Shown piece after piece: positions 59,093-64,000 of a stretch of DNA of 64,000 nucleotides; within the stretch, counting starts at the first letter, position 1; the number at the start of each line of letters is the position of its first letter. Made by a program: the position numbers and the translations under genes. This stretch comes from an uncultured virus (IMG/VR IMGVR_UViG_3300046367_000054) (Duplodnaviria > Heunggongvirae > Uroviricota > Caudoviricetes > Crassvirales): the IMG/VR virus record IMGVR_UViG_3300046367_000054; one strand, written 5' to 3'. Below the pieces are notes generated by a model, which saw only the letters and a program-made list of their open reading frames with translations, did not search any database and was not told the origin of the DNA.

Positions 59093-59575
59093 TTATTTAA
59101 AAAACTTTAAAAACGGAAATAGATACTTACCATATCTTTCTAATAACCATATTAATACTACAGGTAATAAAAACCAAAGATACATCCAATAGTTTGCTTT
59201 CTTGTCTACCTTCTTAACAAACACTTTTTTAGATCCCTCTCTTTTTACATTTAACTTTTTTACAGAAGAGACTTTAGCTATATCTTTGGTTTTATCTATC
59301 TTAACAGTCTTTTTCTTCTTTGACTTTATAATAGTATTAGTATAAGACTTACCATCAATAACCATAGGTTTTAAACTATCGATTGGTTTGTATTCTAATT
59401 CTTCTTCAGTTTCTACTGTAGCTACGTTTGCTTCTTTAACATAAGTGCCGTCAACTTTAACAACAACAGAACTATCTACTTTTGTTTCGATAGCTATTTT
59501 TGATACATCGACTTTTCTAGAAGCACAAGAAACTAATAGTAATAAACTAATAATTAATATAAGACGTTTTGCCAT
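59093..59575 (-). CDS. Lipoprotein, candidate unimolecular spanin
   Basis: Start MAKRLILIISLLLLVSC (lipobox) plus a C-terminal TM helix; follows the endolysin. Confidence 0.65.
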   Translation of the reverse strand: MAKRLILIISLLLLVSCASRKVDVSKIAIETKVDSSVVVKVDGTYVKEANVATVETEEELEYKPIDSLKPMVIDGKSYTNTIIKSKKKKTVKIDKTKDIAKVSSVKKLNVKREGSKKVFVKKVDKKANYWMYLWFLLPVVLIWLLERYGKYLFPFLKFFK

Positions 59576-60005
59576 TTTTTCTGATTGCTTTAAGTATTTG
59601 TTTTCTTTGCTTACCAGTTGACTCATAAGACACGTGAACCCAGTCTGGATTTTTATCTGTACCAAACTCCCATATCAATTGATCGAATACCAAATTATCT
59701 TTTATATAATTAAATATTTGAGCATTTGTAATGCTTGTCCCATCCATATCAATATCCATAGCTTCGCCCGAACAGTGCTGACTTGTCGCAGCACCTTTTA
59801 TAGCCTTATTAAGGGCTAAACTTCTGTAACCTGAAGATATACGTATCGGAGACTTAAAGTGCTCTCTAATGGGCTGAAATACGTTATCAGATAGCTTTTT
59901 CATATTAGCTAAATGATCTTGTGTAGGGTTGTTAGAAATCCCTCTTCTTTTTGCTTCGTAACTAATAGTCATTTCAGCTAGTGATAGATTTTTAGATAAT
60001 TGCAT
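59547..60005 (-). CDS. Endolysin, peptidase M15 family
   Basis: SSGYRS, SQH..GEA.D, WVHVS. Confidence 0.85.
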   Translation of the reverse strand: MQLSKNLSLAEMTISYEAKRRGISNNPTQDHLANMKKLSDNVFQPIREHFKSPIRISSGYRSLALNKAIKGAATSQHCSGEAMDIDMDGTSITNAQIFNYIKDNLVFDQLIWEFGTDKNPDWVHVSYESTGKQRKQILKAIRKNGKTSYINY

Positions 60006-60439
60006 TAGCTTGTTAATTGATTTATATCGTCTTTAGTTTCTTTAGCTCTATTCAATGCTTTTTTTAACAATGCCCATATATCAATGCTAAATGTTTCCTC
60101 TATATTTTCTTTAACAGATACAAGCTCTACAAATATTAATACAATCGCACAAACCTTTGTAAACATAAAATCAAAACCAAATGCATGTTTTACAAACTCA
60201 TTCAACACATACTTGTCCATAAGGAATAAGAACATTATACATATTTCATATAAAGCCATTTTACTTATCACGTTTGATAGTTTTCTACTTCTTATACTAG
60301 ACCAACCATGTAGTTTAATACTTTTAAATATACCAGTAAATGTATCTAATATTATAGAAGCTCCAACTGCTACAAGTAAACCATATATAGGCATGAATAA
60401 TAACAGTATTGATGTTGCGATGTAGTTAATATATTTCAT
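60005..60439 (-). CDS. Holin
   Basis: Several TM segments; DTFTG, SRKL, ELVSVKEN; upstream of the endolysin. Confidence 0.75.
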   Translation of the reverse strand: MKYINYIATSILLLFMPIYGLLVAVGASIILDTFTGIFKSIKLHGWSSIRSRKLSNVISKMALYEICIMFLFLMDKYVLNEFVKHAFGFDFMFTKVCAIVLIFVELVSVKENIEETFSIDIWALLKKALNRAKETKDDINQLTS

Positions 60440-60576
60440 TATCTTCCTTGACCTTTATATGTTTTCTTATAATTCTTAGAGTCTTTCAGTTTTGATGTCT
60501 TTGCTTTTGAATGAACACCAGGACGACTTATTTTTTTATTTTCTAACTTAACTGATTCGTTTTTTGCTTTTGCCAC
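60439..60576 (-). CDS. Small basic peptide, 45 aa (...RPGVHSK...KNYKKTYKGQGR)
   Basis: Translated by hand; GTG start; the YxGQGR ending is common in aquatic phages. Confidence 0.65.
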   Translation of the reverse strand: MAKAKNESVKLENKKISRPGVHSKAKTSKLKDSKNYKKTYKGQGR

Positions 60577-60589
60577 TTTATATTATTTA

Positions 60590-61102
60590 TTATAAGTTAT
60601 TATTTGCTGTCATAAATATTTGATAATAAGAAACATTTCCTTGTCCTATAGTAAAAGTATAAGATGCGCTAGTAGTTCCTACGTTACTACCCAAGAACAC
60701 TCCGTTAACATAAACAGATACCTCTGCATATCTAACCCCACCAGCTGGAGAAGTAATAGATGCAACTACAACATCTCCAGTTACAGAAGAAAAAGTACCA
60801 GTTGCGTTACTTGATGTTCTTATAATCCTAACTCCATTTTCTGTTATGTTGGCTAACCCTCCAAAAGGAGCAAATGTTATATCATAACTTACATTTATCT
60901 GAGAACTTGCATTATGGTTATAACTATACCATTCAGATAATGTAGCAGGATTACTAGCACTAGGTTTACTACCACTTGCTTGATTTATAGCTCCATATCC
61001 TCCATTTTCTGCTGTATCTAATGATATTGTAGCAGTACTAGCACGTCCCAATTCAGTATTGATTTGAGACATACTAATAGTACCTGATGCTGGCATTGTC
61101 AT
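60590..61102 (-). CDS. Tail-fibre-associated protein, possible adhesin
   Basis: PASGTISMSQINTELG N-terminus plus a beta-rich C-terminal domain. Confidence 0.55.
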   Translation of the reverse strand: MTMPASGTISMSQINTELGRASTATISLDTAENGGYGAINQASGSKPSASNPATLSEWYSYNHNASSQINVSYDITFAPFGGLANITENGVRIIRTSSNATGTFSSVTGDVVVASITSPAGGVRYAEVSVYVNGVFLGSNVGTTSASYTFTIGQGNVSYYQIFMTANNNL

Positions 61103-61103
61103 A

Positions 61104-61475
61104 TTATACCTCTGGTTCTACAACTGGTTCTACAACTGTTTTAGCTGGAGCCCAAGGAGCGTCAATACCAACATACTTAGGGGTAACAATAGCTTCTATT
61201 TGCTTAGCTATCCTTTCTTGCATGTGAGTTTTATCAGCCGTATCTTCTAACCAAGAAACAATATCTTCTGGTGTTAATTCTTCAAAAGGCTTGTATCCTT
61301 CGGCGTTTGGAGCAGGCATAGGAGTAGCCCCGTTAAAAGTTCCTTCATTACCATTTTCATCTACACCAACATAGTTGTATCTTACTCTAGTAATTACTTT
61401 TTCTAATCCATTTAATTGCGGAGCCATTTCTAGCTTCATTGTGTCGTCTGTTAAAAATGTGTAAGTGATTGCCAT
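61104..61475 (-). CDS. Putative tail fibre accessory protein
   Basis: PFEELTPEDIVSWL...APW; follows the fibre gene. Confidence 0.5.
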   Translation of the reverse strand: MAITYTFLTDDTMKLEMAPQLNGLEKVITRVRYNYVGVDENGNEGTFNGATPMPAPNAEGYKPFEELTPEDIVSWLEDTADKTHMQERIAKQIEAIVTPKYVGIDAPWAPAKTVVEPVVEPEV

Positions 61476-64000
61476 TATTTATTTATTAATTTATTTACTA
61501 ATTGTTTTAGCTCTTCTATTTGTGTTTGTTGTTCTTTTATTGCTTCGATTAGTACAGCTGTTATATTTCCATAAGCTACATTGTACATGCCATCAGTATC
61601 TTTTCCTACAACCTCTGGTAATACTTCTAGAGTTTCTTGCGCAATAACTCCTACTTTTCTTTGTTTATCTTCAGAATCTATTCTAGTATAGTATACACCT
61701 CTTAGGTTATTTACTTTGTCTAAAGCGTTATCAATAGTGTGTATGTTTTCTTTTACTCTTCTATCTGAGTATGCTGTTACATCTCCAGTGGCAATCGCAT
61801 TTCCAGAGTCATCACATCTAAGTCTCCATCCTCCTCCTGAGGTTAAGAAGCCTATGTTATTTGATGTATCTGCATAAACATACCCTCGTATTGTAGAGTT
61901 ATGATTAGATCTAAATTGTAGCTCTATATTTCCACCACTTCCTGTTATACTCCAAGCACTTCCTGTTTGAGGGTAAAAGTGTACACCATAATCTTGTCCG
62001 TATAACCCTGTATTACCTTGTGCTCTGAACCAGTTATTTGCATACATAGCTGAGACCTGAGAATTACCTGCTGGATCTATGTAATAGCCTGTATTGTTAT
62101 TATCATAAAAAATAGGAGCTCTCATGTCGTCTCTTGCTCTTGTACTCCCTGTTAAAGAAGCTAGCCAAGTCCCGTTCTCCATAGCTAACAAACCATGAGT
62201 ATTTAGATTTCCAGCAACTCCACCTGCATTAGGGTGTGACCAAGCCAATCCGTAAAGAGATCCAGTTGAAGTTCCATCAGTTGGTAACTTGTAAGAATCA
62301 CCCATGGCAAAAACTCCTTGGTATCTTGTTGAGCTATAAACTCCTACAACAGTATTACCGTAATTATTATCTATATATACATTATTATATGTTTTTAATG
62401 AATCGGCATTAATAGTCCCCATTCTAGATGCTCCATTTGGGTCTACGTAATAACTTGTATTATTACCATCATAATATATACCAGCGTATAAAGCGTTTCC
62501 TCCATAATCTCTGTAACCTGTATAGTTACTGCTATCTAAAGCTGTTCTCCAGCCTTGCCAACCTCCATTATATCTTCTAAAATATAATTGGTCATCCCAC
62601 ATGTTTTGTACGATCTGGAATCCATACGCTTGATCACCTGGATTTGATCCTATTGATATACCATTAGAGTATCCTGCACTTGCATTATTAGCTTGTCCTA
62701 TGTTCCAAGAATAGAATGGTCTAATACCAAATCCTGGGTGAGAGTCATTAGGACTTTGAGCGTAAGGCGTTGCTAGTCTATCAGCATAAACAGTGTTTAC
62801 CCTTGAATCACCGGTAGGGTCTACGTAGTATCCTGTATTGTTATTGTCGTAGTATATTGGTGATCTAGTTGATACTAAGTTAAATATGTTACCTGAAGTA
62901 TCCATTCTTAACCCTGTAGTACCATTATAGTTATCAATACCGTTATGTGGATTCCAATTTGCGTTGGATGATGTACCGATTTCTAATCTAGAACCATTTC
63001 CACTACTACCAATTACAAACTGATTACCTACCCCATTTGATGTAAACTGTACGGTTCCACCATGAGAACCATTTGATGTTACCGTATGGTTTAGCGTTAA
63101 AACAGGATAAGCACCTGTAGCTTGTATAATTGGACGTAAGTTTGTATCTTGTAATGAGTACTGTACCGAAGTATTTCCTACAACTAATTCATTACCATAA
63201 TTACCTGTTCCGCCACCTGATATTGTTAAATATCTACTTTGTCTAGTACCTCCTGTACCATCAAAATAATATGTTGTATCATTTGAGTCATAAAATATAG
63301 GTGCTCTCATAGACGTTCTAACTTGTAAGTACCCGCCTGAATTATCTAAAAATGCCTCTTCTTGATTTGTAGTATAATTATACCATCTATATCTACCTTG
63401 ATAATGATAAGTCTCCCATTTGTTTACACCAGCTTCTTGAGCAAACCATCCTGATGCACCTCCACTATATGTATTTATTTTTAATTGATTATCATGACCA
63501 TAAAGACTAAGTAATGCTAAATTACTAGAAGAAGCTGGATCTACGTAATATCCTGTATTGTTTGAATCGTAAAACAAAGGAGCTCTAAAAGATCCTAAAG
63601 CTTCCGCATTCGAGTTGAATATTCTTACTTGTTCATTTGCATTTGCTGATATACTAAAGTAATCACTTCCATTATTATATCTTATTCTTCCTCCGTAGTC
63701 TGTGCCATTAGCTTTACTAAAATCAATCCAGCTTCCGTTTGTGTCTGCTGTAGATAAATCTATAAATGCGTATGTGTCAACATACATTCCGATATTCACA
63801 GATGGTGTAGAAGGGGCATTATTAGCTGATCCAGCAGAAGTTATACTAACGCCAGATGTTACTGTTCCGCTTACTGTAAAACTTCTGTTAGCTGATAAGT
63901 CTTGCGTTGTACCGTTAATAGTTATTGTTCTTGATGAAGGTACGGCGTATGAACCAACATTAGCAGAAGTAATAATTGTTTGCCAAGATCCTTTACCTCC
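61475..64000 (-). CDS. Long tail fibre with a C-terminal S74 intramolecular chaperone (5' truncated)
   Basis: Frame checked open to 64000; SDRRVKENI, GVIAQE and a terminal coiled coil; 5 internal repeats. Confidence 0.85.
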   Translation of the reverse strand, partial: GGKGSWQTIITSANVGSYAVPSSRTITINGTTQDLSANRSFTVSGTVTSGVSITSAGSANNAPSTPSVNIGMYVDTYAFIDLSTADTNGSWIDFSKANGTDYGGRIRYNNGSDYFSISANANEQVRIFNSNAEALGSFRAPLFYDSNNTGYYVDPASSSNLALLSLYGHDNQLKINTYSGGASGWFAQEAGVNKWETYHYQGRYRWYNYTTNQEEAFLDNSGGYLQVRTSMRAPIFYDSNDTTYYFDGTGGTRQSRYLTISGGGTGNYGNELVVGNTSVQYSLQDTNLRPIIQATGAYPVLTLNHTVTSNGSHGGTVQFTSNGVGNQFVIGSSGNGSRLEIGTSSNANWNPHNGIDNYNGTTGLRMDTSGNIFNLVSTRSPIYYDNNNTGYYVDPTGDSRVNTVYADRLATPYAQSPNDSHPGFGIRPFYSWNIGQANNASAGYSNGISIGSNPGDQAYGFQIVQNMWDDQLYFRRYNGGWQGWRTALDSSNYTGYRDYGGNALYAGIYYDGNNTSYYVDPNGASRMGTINADSLKTYNNVYIDNNYGNTVVGVYSSTRYQGVFAMGDSYKLPTDGTSTGSLYGLAWSHPNAGGVAGNLNTHGLLAMENGTWLASLTGSTRARDDMRAPIFYDNNNTGYYIDPAGNSQVSAMYANNWFRAQGNTGLYGQDYGVHFYPQTGSAWSITGSGGNIELQFRSNHNSTIRGYVYADTSNNIGFLTSGGGWRLRCDDSGNAIATGDVTAYSDRRVKENIHTIDNALDKVNNLRGVYYTRIDSEDKQRKVGVIAQETLEVLPEVVGKDTDGMYNVAYGNITAVLIEAIKEQQTQIEELKQLVNKLINK

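Noticed and set aside
1..64000. Stop-codon reassignment as in some crAss-like phages
   Set aside because: Long genes are intact in the standard code, TAG ends several genes, and no suppressor tRNA is present
1..64000. Prophage or host chromosomal DNA, suggested by groEL and thyX
   Set aside because: No integrase or host housekeeping context; both genes sit inside phage operons

Overview
The window is most of the genome of an AT-rich tailed dsDNA phage. Many TAnnTTTG promoter boxes point to a Bacteroidota host, and the head and tail module is podovirus-like, resembling crAss-like or Cellulophaga phages. A tail-fibre-like ORF is cut at each edge, so the genome is probably circularly permuted and somewhat longer than 64 kb. 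Layout: 1-8.3 kb (mostly minus strand) has virion proteins, small basic proteins, groES-groEL and a possible Acb2/Tad1-like protein. 8.4-9.2 kb is a non-coding divergence point and possible genome end. 9.2-31 kb (plus strand) has early and replication genes (peptidase, ERF, YqaJ, SSB, initiator, thyX, primase-helicase, phosphoesterases, MazG-like proteins, resolvase) and two dense structured-RNA regions. 31-64 kb (minus strand) has ejection proteins, tail, capsid, portal, terminase, lysis and tail fibre. The most notable features are: (i) a tail nozzle-like protein with 10 thrombospondin type-1-like repeats interleaved with three copies of a ~108-aa domain; (ii) a promoter-led ~730-nt RNA cassette with a tRNA(CAT), two pseudoknotted RNAs and a 136-nt remodelled tRNA-like RNA; (iii) two minimal tRNA-like elements bracketing a structured early intergenic region; (iv) an iteron-like motif from the initiator gene copied, with an AT tract, to three distant intergenic sites. 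All product calls come from motif recognition by eye; no searches or folding programs were run.
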